A stretch of DNA of 64,000 bases from Alphaproteobacteria bacterium (GTDB lineage: Bacteria > Pseudomonadota > Alphaproteobacteria > SP197). The notes under the pieces were generated by a model, which worked only from the letters and a program-made list of their open reading frames with translations, did no database searches and was not told the DNA's origin. Below are positions 32,168 to 44,081 of the stretch, in pieces. Positions within the stretch are counted from its first letter, which is position 1, and every line of letters starts with the position of its first letter. The DNA lies in assembly GCA_964291415.2 (NCBI GenBank), contig OZ219917.1, forward strand, positions 416,001 through 480,000, read 5' to 3'. The translations under genes were made by a program, and so were the position numbers.

Positions 32168-32227
32168 ACCATCGCTTAACCAATGGGACCATCGCTTAAC
32201 CAATGGGACCATCGCTTAACCAATGGG
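32168..32227 (+). repeat. Perfect tandem repeat, 3 x 20 bp (ACCATCGCTTAACCAATGGG)
   Basis: Units at 32168, 32188 and 32208 with no spacers; the last unit merges into the GGGGAG RBS of phoX. Confidence 0.97.
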
Positions 32228-32238
32228 GAGAATTCGCC

Positions 32239-34176
32239 ATGACGAACGGTTCCAAGAATCACCAACAGGGTCGGCGTGAAATCGCGTCTCAGCCCGATTT
32301 TGCCAATGTCCTCAAGGCGCGCCTCTCGCGGCGTGCCGTCCTGCACGGTGCTGCCGGAACAACGGCCGTTGCAGCCATGGGCGCTGCGGGCTCTGTTTTC
32401 AGTCCGCCGGCGTCCGCTGGAGGCGCCAGTGCGTTCGACTTCGAAGAGGTCGAGCGGATCTACGATGAGACGCATCATGTCGCCAACGGATACAGCGCAC
32501 GGATCCTGCTGCGATGGGGTGATCCCATCCTCGCCGGGGCGTCGGACTTCGATCCCGACAACCAGAGCAGGCAAACGCAGTCCGGACAGTTCGGCTACAA
32601 CTGCGATTTCACCGCCTTCCTGCCACTGCCCTTCGGTTCCGACAATTCCGAACACGGCCTCTTGTGTGTCAACAACGAGTATCCCGATCCCCATATCTCG
32701 ATTCCCGGATGGATCGGTGAGGCCTGGGCATCGAGTCCCGATCTCACCGCGGAGCAGGTTGACACGCTGATGGCGGCGACCGGTCATTCGGTCGTGGAAA
32801 TCGAGAGAGTCGACGGCGAATGGCGGGTGGTGGCCGATTCCGAGTACAATCGCCGCCTCGACCTCTTTACCGAAATGGCCATGTCCGGCCCCGCCGCCGG
32901 GCACGATCTTGTCAAGACCTCGGAGGATCCCTCCGGCACGAAGCCCGTCGGGACCCATACCAACTGCAGCGGAGGCGTCACGCCCTGGGGAACAATTCTC
33001 ACCTGCGAGGAATGGGCCTACTACGACTTTGGCGGAGACCCCGCAAAGACGGATCAGGAAGAGAGTCTGACGCGATACGGGTTCAGTGGTCACAATGGGT
33101 TGAGCCTCGCCCGGTATCATCCTCGCTTTGACGTCGAGCAGGAACCAAACGAGATGAATCGCTTCCACTGGGTGGTCGAGCTCGACCCCTATGATCCCCA
33201 GTCCGTTCCCGTCAAGCGCACCGCTCTCGGGCGGTTTGGCCACGAGGGGGCGCAGACCGCGGTCAGTCCTGACGGACGTCTGGTCGTCTATTCGGGGGAT
33301 GACGCCCGCTTCGAATACCTCTTCCGTTTCGTTTCGCGCGACAAGATTGACATGAACGATCGGGCCGCCAACAAGGACCTGCTCGATCATGGCGTGCTTT
33401 CGGTCGCACGATTCGACGAGGACGGCACCGTGACCTGGCTGCCCCTGGTTCACGGTGAAGGACCGCTGACGCCCGAAAACGGTTTCGCCGACCAGGGCGA
33501 AGTGGTCATCAACGCCCGATTTGCCGCTGATGCGCTCGGCGCCACCACGATGGATCGACCCGAAGATTTCGAAGTCAATCCGGTAACCGGCCGGGTGTAT
33601 GTCGTGCTGACCAAGAACAAGAAGCGGCGTGCGGATAACCTGAATGTCGTCAACACACGCGCGGAAAACCGCCAGGGCCACCTCGTGGAGCTGATTCCGC
33701 CGGGTGAAGGACCGGCTGTTGATCATGCTGCCGACCGCTTCGGATGGGACATCCTGGTTCTGTGTGGTGATCCGTCAAAGCCGGAACAGGGGGCCAGCTT
33801 CCATCCCGAGACCTCGGCGAACGGATGGTTCTCCACGCCGGACAACATCGCCTTCGACCCACAGGGGCGGTTGTGGATCGGAACCGATGGCATGAACAGC
33901 CTTGACCTGGCGGACGGTTTGTTCGCCGTGGACCTCGACGGACCGGCTCGCGGCAAGGCACAGGCGTTCTATGCCTGTCCGGCCGGCGCCGAATGCACCG
34001 GACCGAGCTTCACGCCCGACGGCCGGACGCTGTTCATCGCCGTTCAGCACCCGGGCGAGGATTCGGAGACCTATGACAGCCTGACGACCCGCTGGCCGGA
34101 TTTTGATGCGGGCCTGCCACCGCGACCCTCGGTCGTGGTCGTCACCCGCGATGACGGCGGCGTGGTCGGCGGCTGA
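32239..34176 (+). CDS. phoX: Tat-exported alkaline phosphatase PhoX (DUF839 family)
   Basis: SRRAVL twin-arginine signal, FGYNCDF, NCSGGVTPWGT.LTCEE, KRTALGRF.HE, MDRPED, PDNI and QHPG motifs. Confidence 0.93.
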   Translation: MTNGSKNHQQGRREIASQPDFANVLKARLSRRAVLHGAAGTTAVAAMGAAGSVFSPPASAGGASAFDFEEVERIYDETHHVANGYSARILLRWGDPILAGASDFDPDNQSRQTQSGQFGYNCDFTAFLPLPFGSDNSEHGLLCVNNEYPDPHISIPGWIGEAWASSPDLTAEQVDTLMAATGHSVVEIERVDGEWRVVADSEYNRRLDLFTEMAMSGPAAGHDLVKTSEDPSGTKPVGTHTNCSGGVTPWGTILTCEEWAYYDFGGDPAKTDQEESLTRYGFSGHNGLSLARYHPRFDVEQEPNEMNRFHWVVELDPYDPQSVPVKRTALGRFGHEGAQTAVSPDGRLVVYSGDDARFEYLFRFVSRDKIDMNDRAANKDLLDHGVLSVARFDEDGTVTWLPLVHGEGPLTPENGFADQGEVVINARFAADALGATTMDRPEDFEVNPVTGRVYVVLTKNKKRRADNLNVVNTRAENRQGHLVELIPPGEGPAVDHAADRFGWDILVLCGDPSKPEQGASFHPETSANGWFSTPDNIAFDPQGRLWIGTDGMNSLDLADGLFAVDLDGPARGKAQAFYACPAGAECTGPSFTPDGRTLFIAVQHPGEDSETYDSLTTRWPDFDAGLPPRPSVVVVTRDDGGVVGG

Positions 34177-34189
34177 GATCAACTGACGC

Positions 34190-34228
34190 TCCCGGCCGGG
34201 CAAGAGAGCTTCTCTGGCCCGGCCGGGA
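34190..34228. terminator. Long GC-rich hairpin after phoX, probably a bidirectional terminator
   Basis: TCCCGGCCGGGC-AAGAGAG..TCTCT-G-GCCCGGCCGGGA between convergent transcription units. Confidence 0.6.
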
Positions 34229-34314
34229 AACGTTTCCCGTCTCTGGCGCGGTGTCCGGCCGAACTGTGGCCGGCGCCGCCATGTCCCCGAAGACCGGTCG
34301 ATCGTTCTGACCTG

Positions 34315-34540
34315 CCACCACTCGGGCCGGTAGCGGGGGTGCCGGTGATCTCGCCCGGAAGGCCGCCGCCGGGGTCCGTGAAATCGCCGGTTGCGGTAGG
34401 CCGCGCGCAGGGCTGGAGAGGGCCTCCGAGATGTAGGCGCTGGATGCGGACCGCCAGGATACCGGCCCCTGCCGGTGCAGGGTCCCCACCCGTGCGCCTT
34501 CACGAACTGACGGGTGAATCCGATGGACCAGGCATCGCGG
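34315..34540 (-). pseudogene. Decayed duplicate of the 3' end of the PBP1A gene (37346-37625)
   Basis: 34506-34540 matches 37591-37625 at 34/35 nt. 34374-34391 equals 37418-37435 (18/18). The intervening sequence is collinear with many deletions. Confidence 0.88.
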
Positions 34541-34557
34541 CGCGCATTCGCTCCGGT

Positions 34558-35457
34558 TCAACCGCCGGTCGTGAGGTGCCGCACATAGGCCGCGGCGTTG
34601 CCAAGAGACCTCACTGCCTCCGGCACGTCGGGCACCATGTGGTGCCAGACATGGGGTGTTCCCTCCTCGGCAAGCTCAAGAAGCGGAGGGTTGCCGGCGC
34701 GCTCGAGCGCTCCGGCGAGGCGCACCGCGTCGTCGTAGAGGAGTTCGCTTCGGCTGGCCTGGATCAGAAAGGGCGGCAATCCCTGAAAACTGCCAAAGAT
34801 AGGCGCGGCAAGCGGGTTGCGCCGGTCCGCACCTGCCAGGAAGCCGTCGACGAGCATGTCGAGCTCCGCCGGGGACAGCAAGGCGTCGCGCTCCGGATTG
34901 CCGGCACGCCACGTGCCGGTTCCTTCCAGGTCGGTCCAGGGCGAGAGAGCCACGCAGCATTTCGGCAGGGCCATGCCCCGGTCCCTGGCGGCCTGGGAAA
35001 CACTGAAGACCAGGCCGCCGCCGGCCGAATCGCCGGCAAACCCGACACGATCCGGCTCTGCTCCCAGTTCCGCGAATCCCTGCCACGCCGCGATGCAGTC
35101 TTCGACCGGAATGGGAAAGGGGTGCTCGGGCGCCAGTCTGTAGAGAGGAAACCAGAGGGGACAGCCGGCATTCCTGGCCAGTCTGGTGACGATCATCTCG
35201 TGACTCCTTTCGGAGCCGATGCAATAGCCGCCGCCATGAAAGTAGACGATGGCGCGCGTCTCATCGGCTCCGGGAGGCACGTAGCGAAAGCCCTTGATGC
35301 CCCCGAACTCGGCGTTCTCCCGCCGAACCTCCGGCAGCGCCGGAAATGCGTCTCCCAGGCTGTCGTACGACTCCCGGTGTTCCTGCCAGGTCGCATCGGC
35401 CGGAAGCGAGCCTTCGGCGAGCAACGCGAGGTTGGCGGTCATCTGTGTGCTCAGCAT
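34558..35457 (-). CDS. Alpha/beta hydrolase, HSL-family esterase/lipase
   Basis: YFHGGGY oxyanion motif, YRLAPEHPFP, GDSAGG nucleophile, LSPWTDL and HVWH. Confidence 0.93.
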   Translation of the reverse strand: MLSTQMTANLALLAEGSLPADATWQEHRESYDSLGDAFPALPEVRRENAEFGGIKGFRYVPPGADETRAIVYFHGGGYCIGSERSHEMIVTRLARNAGCPLWFPLYRLAPEHPFPIPVEDCIAAWQGFAELGAEPDRVGFAGDSAGGGLVFSVSQAARDRGMALPKCCVALSPWTDLEGTGTWRAGNPERDALLSPAELDMLVDGFLAGADRRNPLAAPIFGSFQGLPPFLIQASRSELLYDDAVRLAGALERAGNPPLLELAEEGTPHVWHHMVPDVPEAVRSLGNAAAYVRHLTTGG

Positions 35458-35746
35458 CGCGAGTTACTCTGTGTGTCGACGATCGAAAGCACCCGGATCA
35501 CTCACCAACCCCGCCCCAGGGAGATAGGGTCCGTGACATATGTGAATGAGTCCAAACGCTTACATGTACCGAGGAGTCCGTCCCCATAGCGGCACACTGT
35601 ACACCACGGCAATGGGGGTTTGAAGGCCTCGGACGCCGCCGGATTGTGGCCGGTTTCGACGGCAGCCGGCCTTTGTGCCAGCGCAGGGTGTCTGCAGAAG
35701 GCCGATGACGAGGCGCTCGGGGTCAAGTCAGGCCCACCAGCCGAGG

Positions 35747-36184
35747 TCAGGATGTCTGAACATCCGGTACGATCAGTTCGATACGTTCGCCGTGACGTCG
35801 AAAGTCGGATGCGTTGAGAGTCAGAAGCCGCCGCTCGTCGTGCGCCAGCGTGGTGGCCACGATGTTGGCGTCGTGCACCTGCCTTCCGGCGAGCAGGACC
35901 TCCCGGCACAGAGCAACGAGCACATCCGTCACATGGGCGCCGTCTTCGAGGATCTCGAATGCTGCGCTCAGCCACGCGAGGTCGTTCAGGGTGTCGGCCA
36001 TGGAGAGGGGAGCCTGCCAGGTTTGCGGTCGAGTCATGGTCGACAAGTACTCGCGAAGCACCTGACGACTGATGCGCAAGGGCTCGCCTGTCCGTTGTGC
36101 CCGGGAGAGCGCCGCTCGAGCGAGCGAACTGTGGGGGGCCCGTGCACTGCGGGCCGATGCGAAAATGTTCGTGTCGATGAACAT
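35747..36184 (-). CDS. PIN-domain (VapC-like) toxin
   Basis: FIDTNIF, SRQVLREY, GRQVHDANIVAT and LLTLN..DF, i.e. an intact acidic PIN active site. Confidence 0.9.
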   Translation of the reverse strand: MFIDTNIFASARSARAPHSSLARAALSRAQRTGEPLRISRQVLREYLSTMTRPQTWQAPLSMADTLNDLAWLSAAFEILEDGAHVTDVLVALCREVLLAGRQVHDANIVATTLAHDERRLLTLNASDFRRHGERIELIVPDVQTS

Positions 36185-36231
36185 TCCGCTCGACGTCGCT
36201 CTTGTGAATTCGGCTTGAATCTACCGGAAAG

Positions 36232-36978
36232 TCACCCCCTGTCGTCGTAGATCTCTTCGCGCCTCACCGCGAAGTCCTCGGGCCACGGTCCCATGTCCAC
36301 TGCCGGGAAATCGCGGGCAAGGACGAAAGGACGGGCCGAGTCCACTTGTCCGGCCGACGGTCCGACGCCCTCTTCGCGTTCGAACACGAGTGTTTCGGCA
36401 GCAAGATCGACCTGCGCGGTCTGCCAGCCGGCAGCCTGCCAGGCCAGGGAATGGCCGTGACCACCGCCGTGCCTCTGGTTTGCCCACCACGGCCGATGGT
36501 GCCGCGCCGAAGGTGGCAGTCTGAAGCCAAGTACGGACTCGACCTCGGAAAACGTAGTTCGCCAACGAGAGCCCGGCCTCGCACTGAGGTGTTGGTAGAG
36601 AAGCGCGTACTTGCCGTTCGCGGCGGCTTGGCGGGCGATGTCCTTCCTGTCTCCAGGGGCAGAATGCCCGGTCTCGGTCGTGATGCGTCGAAAGATCAGT
36701 GTCTCTGCATCCAGGTCGACTTTACTGGTCCGCCAGCCCGCCGCCTGCCAGGCCAGAGAGTGGCTGTGACCGCCTCCGCGAGTCTGGTTCGCCCACCAGG
36801 GCCTGTGAAGGCGCGCCGAGTCCGGCAGCGTGAATCCCAGAATGGCCTCGATCTCGGAAAAGGACACTTTCCAGTCCGGTCCCTCGGTGCTGGCCAGATG
36901 GCGATAAAGGGGTGAATACTTGCCACGCGCGGCAGCGCGCCTGGCAAGCCGTTCTCTGTGCTGAGCCATGAGCACCAT
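36232..36978 (-). CDS. Putative antitoxin with two tandem ~80-aa domains (DUF7662-like) and a VapB-like tail
   Basis: GKY..LY.HL...W..SFSE.E..LGF.LP.SAR.HRPWWANQ..GGGH..SLAWQAAGW.T..VDL.AETL.F.R occurs twice; tail ...GPWPEDFAVRREEIYDDRG; lies directly upstream of the PIN gene. Confidence 0.7.
   Translation of the reverse strand: MVLMAQHRERLARRAAARGKYSPLYRHLASTEGPDWKVSFSEIEAILGFTLPDSARLHRPWWANQTRGGGHSHSLAWQAAGWRTSKVDLDAETLIFRRITTETGHSAPGDRKDIARQAAANGKYALLYQHLSARPGSRWRTTFSEVESVLGFRLPPSARHHRPWWANQRHGGGHGHSLAWQAAGWQTAQVDLAAETLVFEREEGVGPSAGQVDSARPFVLARDFPAVDMGPWPEDFAVRREEIYDDRG
36376..36924 (-). repeat. Intragenic diverged direct repeat (two ~240-bp units, ~309-bp period)
   Basis: Units at ~36685-36924 and ~36376-36615 share e.g. 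GCCTGCCAGGCCAG and CTGGTT.GCCCACCA. Confidence 0.9.
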
Positions 36979-37345
36979 CCTCAGAAAAGTGTGTGATGAG
37001 GTCTTGCTTACCTTCTATGGACGAATCGCGGGACGTATCAAGCCGATCTTGCGACAGGATGGTGAAGGTCCGCGAGCGTGCGCCGGACCGCACACAGCGC
37101 GCACCCAGCAGGTTCCGATCGAACACTGGCTTCGGAATGTCGATGATCCCCGTGGCGCATCGTCTTCAGGATGTGCTGCACCACCTTGGTCATGTCGCGG
37201 CTTGAGATCGTCGTCGAGGGACAGCGCAAGAGGTCATGTGGTTCCCGCCCGACCAGCTCGGTTGATAGAAACGGCCGGGCCACAAGGGGATGCCGGGGAT
37301 CGTCCGGTACGGGCAATTGCGAGGCTGCTGCGAAGGCAGTCCGCC

Positions 37346-39244
37346 CTACCACTCCGGCCCTTTCTGGCGTGAGTCCGGGTTGCCGCCTGTGAGATCGCCC
37401 AGGAGGTCGCTGACGAAGTCCGTGAAATCGCCGGTCGCGGGAGGCGGCGCGTGATCGACGAGCTTCAGGGCTGGCACCCCTGCGAGGGCTTCCGTCATGT
37501 AGGTGGCCCAGATGCGGGCCGGCAGGCCACCGCCGGTCACCTTGCCGGTAGGGCTTCCGTCGTCGTTCCCCACCCAGACGCCTGTGACGTACTGACGGGT
37601 GAATCCGATGAACCAGGCATCGCGGAAGTCCTGGCTGGTGCCTGTCTTGCCTCCGGCCGGCCAGGCGATTTGCGCCGCACGGCCTGTGCCGTCTTCCATG
37701 ACCTTGCCCAGCATCGCCGTCATCGCGGCGTGCACGGCCGGTTCGATGAGGCGGGGTGCGGGCAGGTCGTGTCGCCGGTAGAGGACCTCCCCTGAGGACG
37801 TGCGGATTTCCCGGATCACCCACGGCCAGGTAGCCAGTCCCTGGTTGGCCATGGTGCCGTAGGCGCCGGTCAGTTCGAGGAGACTGAGTTCCGTCGTTCC
37901 CAGGGCAAGGCTTGGAACCTCCGGCAGTTCCCGGTCGATGCCGAGGCGATGCGCGACCTCGATGACATTCGCGATGCCAACCGTCCAGGCGGTGTCGGCC
38001 GCCACCGTGTTGACCGAACCGGCAAAGGCATCGGCGAGCGTCATCATGCCCTCGTAGCCATCGCGGAAGTTTCCCGGACTCCAGCCGTTGATCGTCACCG
38101 GGCGGTCCTCGACGCCGGTATCGGGGCGCCAGCCGGCTTCGAGTGCCGCCAGGTAGACGAAGAGCTTGAAGGCCGACCCCGGTTGTCGGTAGGCGTGCAC
38201 GGCGCGATTGAACTGGGTCTTGCTGTATCCCGAGCCGCCGACCATGGCGACCACGGCGCCATCGGGGTCCATGGAGACGATGGCGCCTTCCCCGGCGGTG
38301 GCCGGCCCGCCTTCGGCGAGACCGGAGACGAGCGCCTTGCGGGCTTTCTCCTGGAGCGTCGCATCGATGGTCGTCGAGATGATGAGGTTGCGGGTGGCCA
38401 CACCGATGTACTCGGATGCCCGTGCGGCCACCCAGTCGGTGGCATAGCGTGCATCCCCGCCGGTGTTGCTGGCGATGGCAAGCACCAGGGGTGTCGCCTT
38501 CGCCTCTACGGCCCGGTCTCGGTCGATGAAGCCCGCATCCACCATGCTGTCGATGACAGTGGTGGTCCGCCCGATGGCCCGGCCCGGGTTGTTGAAGGGG
38601 TTGTCGCGTGAAGGCGCCTTCAGGAGGCCGGCAATCATGGCGGACTCACCCAGGGACAGCTCTCCTGCCTTCTTGCCGAAGTAGCGGTGCGAAGCGGCGG
38701 CGATGCCAAAGGCGCCGGCCCCCAGGTAGACCCGGTTGAGATAGATGGCGAAGATCTCCTCCTTGGTGAACTTGCGTTCCAGCCAGAAGGCGAGCAGCAC
38801 TTCCTGGATCTTGCGCTTGAGTGAACGCTCCGGTGTCAGGAAGACATTCTTGATGACCTGCTGGGTGATGGTGCTGCCGCCCTGGACCACCTCCCCGGCG
38901 CGCAGGTTGGCGATGAGGGCGCGCAGAACGCCGAAGACATCCATGCCGCCGTGGTCGAAGAAGCGGCGATCCTCCACCGCGATGACGGCCGCGACGAGAT
39001 AAGGCGGCAGGCGGTCGAAGGGAACGATCTCGCCGCGAAAGTCGCCATAGGTCGCGAGAATCCTGTCATTGGAATCAAGAACGGTCACCGAAGGTGTGCG
39101 GTCGCTGATGAGGCGATCCGGATCGGGAAGATCAAGGGCGTACCAGCCGACGAGGGCTCCGGCGAGGACGGAGGCCCAGATGGTGGCGATGATCGACCAG
39201 CGCGAGACACGAACGATCATGCGCAAGGGCTTGCGTTTCTTCAT
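37346..39244 (-). CDS. Class A penicillin-binding protein (PBP1A family)
   Basis: Transglycosylase EDRRFF.H.G, QGGSTITQQ and RKIQE; transpeptidase GSAFK (SxxK), SVN and KTGT. Confidence 0.95.
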   Translation of the reverse strand: MKKRKPLRMIVRVSRWSIIATIWASVLAGALVGWYALDLPDPDRLISDRTPSVTVLDSNDRILATYGDFRGEIVPFDRLPPYLVAAVIAVEDRRFFDHGGMDVFGVLRALIANLRAGEVVQGGSTITQQVIKNVFLTPERSLKRKIQEVLLAFWLERKFTKEEIFAIYLNRVYLGAGAFGIAAASHRYFGKKAGELSLGESAMIAGLLKAPSRDNPFNNPGRAIGRTTTVIDSMVDAGFIDRDRAVEAKATPLVLAIASNTGGDARYATDWVAARASEYIGVATRNLIISTTIDATLQEKARKALVSGLAEGGPATAGEGAIVSMDPDGAVVAMVGGSGYSKTQFNRAVHAYRQPGSAFKLFVYLAALEAGWRPDTGVEDRPVTINGWSPGNFRDGYEGMMTLADAFAGSVNTVAADTAWTVGIANVIEVAHRLGIDRELPEVPSLALGTTELSLLELTGAYGTMANQGLATWPWVIREIRTSSGEVLYRRHDLPAPRLIEPAVHAAMTAMLGKVMEDGTGRAAQIAWPAGGKTGTSQDFRDAWFIGFTRQYVTGVWVGNDDGSPTGKVTGGGLPARIWATYMTEALAGVPALKLVDHAPPPATGDFTDFVSDLLGDLTGGNPDSRQKGPEW

Positions 39245-39262
39245 CTCGGGTCAGGCGCCCGG

Positions 39263-42843
<3,581 letters not shown>

Positions 42844-42854
42844 CGTCGCCGTGC

Positions 42855-43976
42855 CTAGACCCTGAGCGGCATCAGGACATAGAGAGTCCGGTTGTCGTCG
42901 GCATCACGCACGATGGCCGGCGAGGAGTCGCGGGACATGATGACCAGCATGACATCGCCATCGAAATTCTTTGCCATTTCAGAGATATAACGTGCGTTGA
43001 AGCCGATGGTCATGGGTGTTCCCTCGTACTCGACCTCAAGCTCCTCCTCTCCGGTGACGCCTTCGAGATTGCTGGCGGACACCAGCAGGCGGCCGGTCGA
43101 GATGTCCAGCTTGACGGGCCGTCCCTTGTCCGTGGTCGTGATCACGGACATGCGGTCGGTCGCCCTCACGAACGTGTCCTTCGAGACCTTCATGAGCCTG
43201 TCGTTGTCGTCGGGAATCACCTTTTCATAGTTCGGGTAGGTGCCGTCGATGAGCTTGGACGTCATCTGGATGGCACCGGACCGGAAGCTCAACTTGCGTT
43301 CCGCCACCTCGATGTGAATGTCCTCATCGGCGGTGTCGATCAGGCTGCGCAGCACATGGATGGTCTTGTTGGGGACAATGATCCCCGGCATGCCGTCGGC
43401 GCCTTCGGGTTGCTCGGTATCCACCCTGGCAAGCCGGTGGCCGTCCGTGGCGACGGCGCGCAGCACAGGGCCGCCGTCTCCTGTCGTTGCGTGGAAGAAA
43501 ACTCCTTGCAGATTCTCCCGGGCGCCCTCCACGAGTGCAGCAAAGTGAGTGCGGTCAAGAAGACGCCGCAGTTCCGTTGCCGGCAACGAGAATCCGTGGC
43601 TGAAGGCCGTTGCCGTCATCAGGGGGAAATCCTCGGGCGGCAGGCAGGCGAACTCGAACTGCGTCGGTCCGCAAAGGATCGACAGGCGTCCGCTCACCTG
43701 GTCGCGTTCGAGTGCCACCTGGGCCCCGTCGGGGAGGGTGCGGCAAATGTTCTGGAGCAGGAACGCCGATGCCGTCGTGGTCCCGGGTGCGGTGACGTCG
43801 GCAGCGAGGTTCTGCACCACCTCAAGGTCCATGTCCGTGGCGGTGAGGCGGAGGTTCTGCTCGTCCGCATCGAGTCTGACGTTGGCGAGAACCGGGATGG
43901 TGCTGCGCCGTTCGACAACGCTGTTTGCGTGTGTGAGTGCCGTCATCAGGGCGCTACGTTCAACGACAAGTTTCAT
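42855..43976 (-). CDS. dnaN: DNA polymerase III beta clamp
   Basis: VVERR.TIPVL.NV, ATDGHRLA, SKLIDGTYPNY, IGFNARY and YVLMP.RV motifs. Confidence 0.97.
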   Translation of the reverse strand: MKLVVERSALMTALTHANSVVERRSTIPVLANVRLDADEQNLRLTATDMDLEVVQNLAADVTAPGTTTASAFLLQNICRTLPDGAQVALERDQVSGRLSILCGPTQFEFACLPPEDFPLMTATAFSHGFSLPATELRRLLDRTHFAALVEGARENLQGVFFHATTGDGGPVLRAVATDGHRLARVDTEQPEGADGMPGIIVPNKTIHVLRSLIDTADEDIHIEVAERKLSFRSGAIQMTSKLIDGTYPNYEKVIPDDNDRLMKVSKDTFVRATDRMSVITTTDKGRPVKLDISTGRLLVSASNLEGVTGEEELEVEYEGTPMTIGFNARYISEMAKNFDGDVMLVIMSRDSSPAIVRDADDNRTLYVLMPLRV

Positions 43977-44081
43977 GGACCAGCATCCCTGGCAGTGAAT
44001 GCCGGTCAGGGCGCGCCCCGCCGGCTGGCATGTCACGCCAATCTAGCAGGAAGCGGCATGCATGTGCCACACCATAGCGGC

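Noticed and set aside
31898-32212. 104-aa minus-strand ORF between dapB and phoX
   Set aside because: It starts inside the tandem repeat and has no RBS or recognisable motif. A short remnant cannot be excluded.
32168-32227. CRISPR array
   Set aside because: The units are head-to-tail with no spacers, and no cas genes are in the window.
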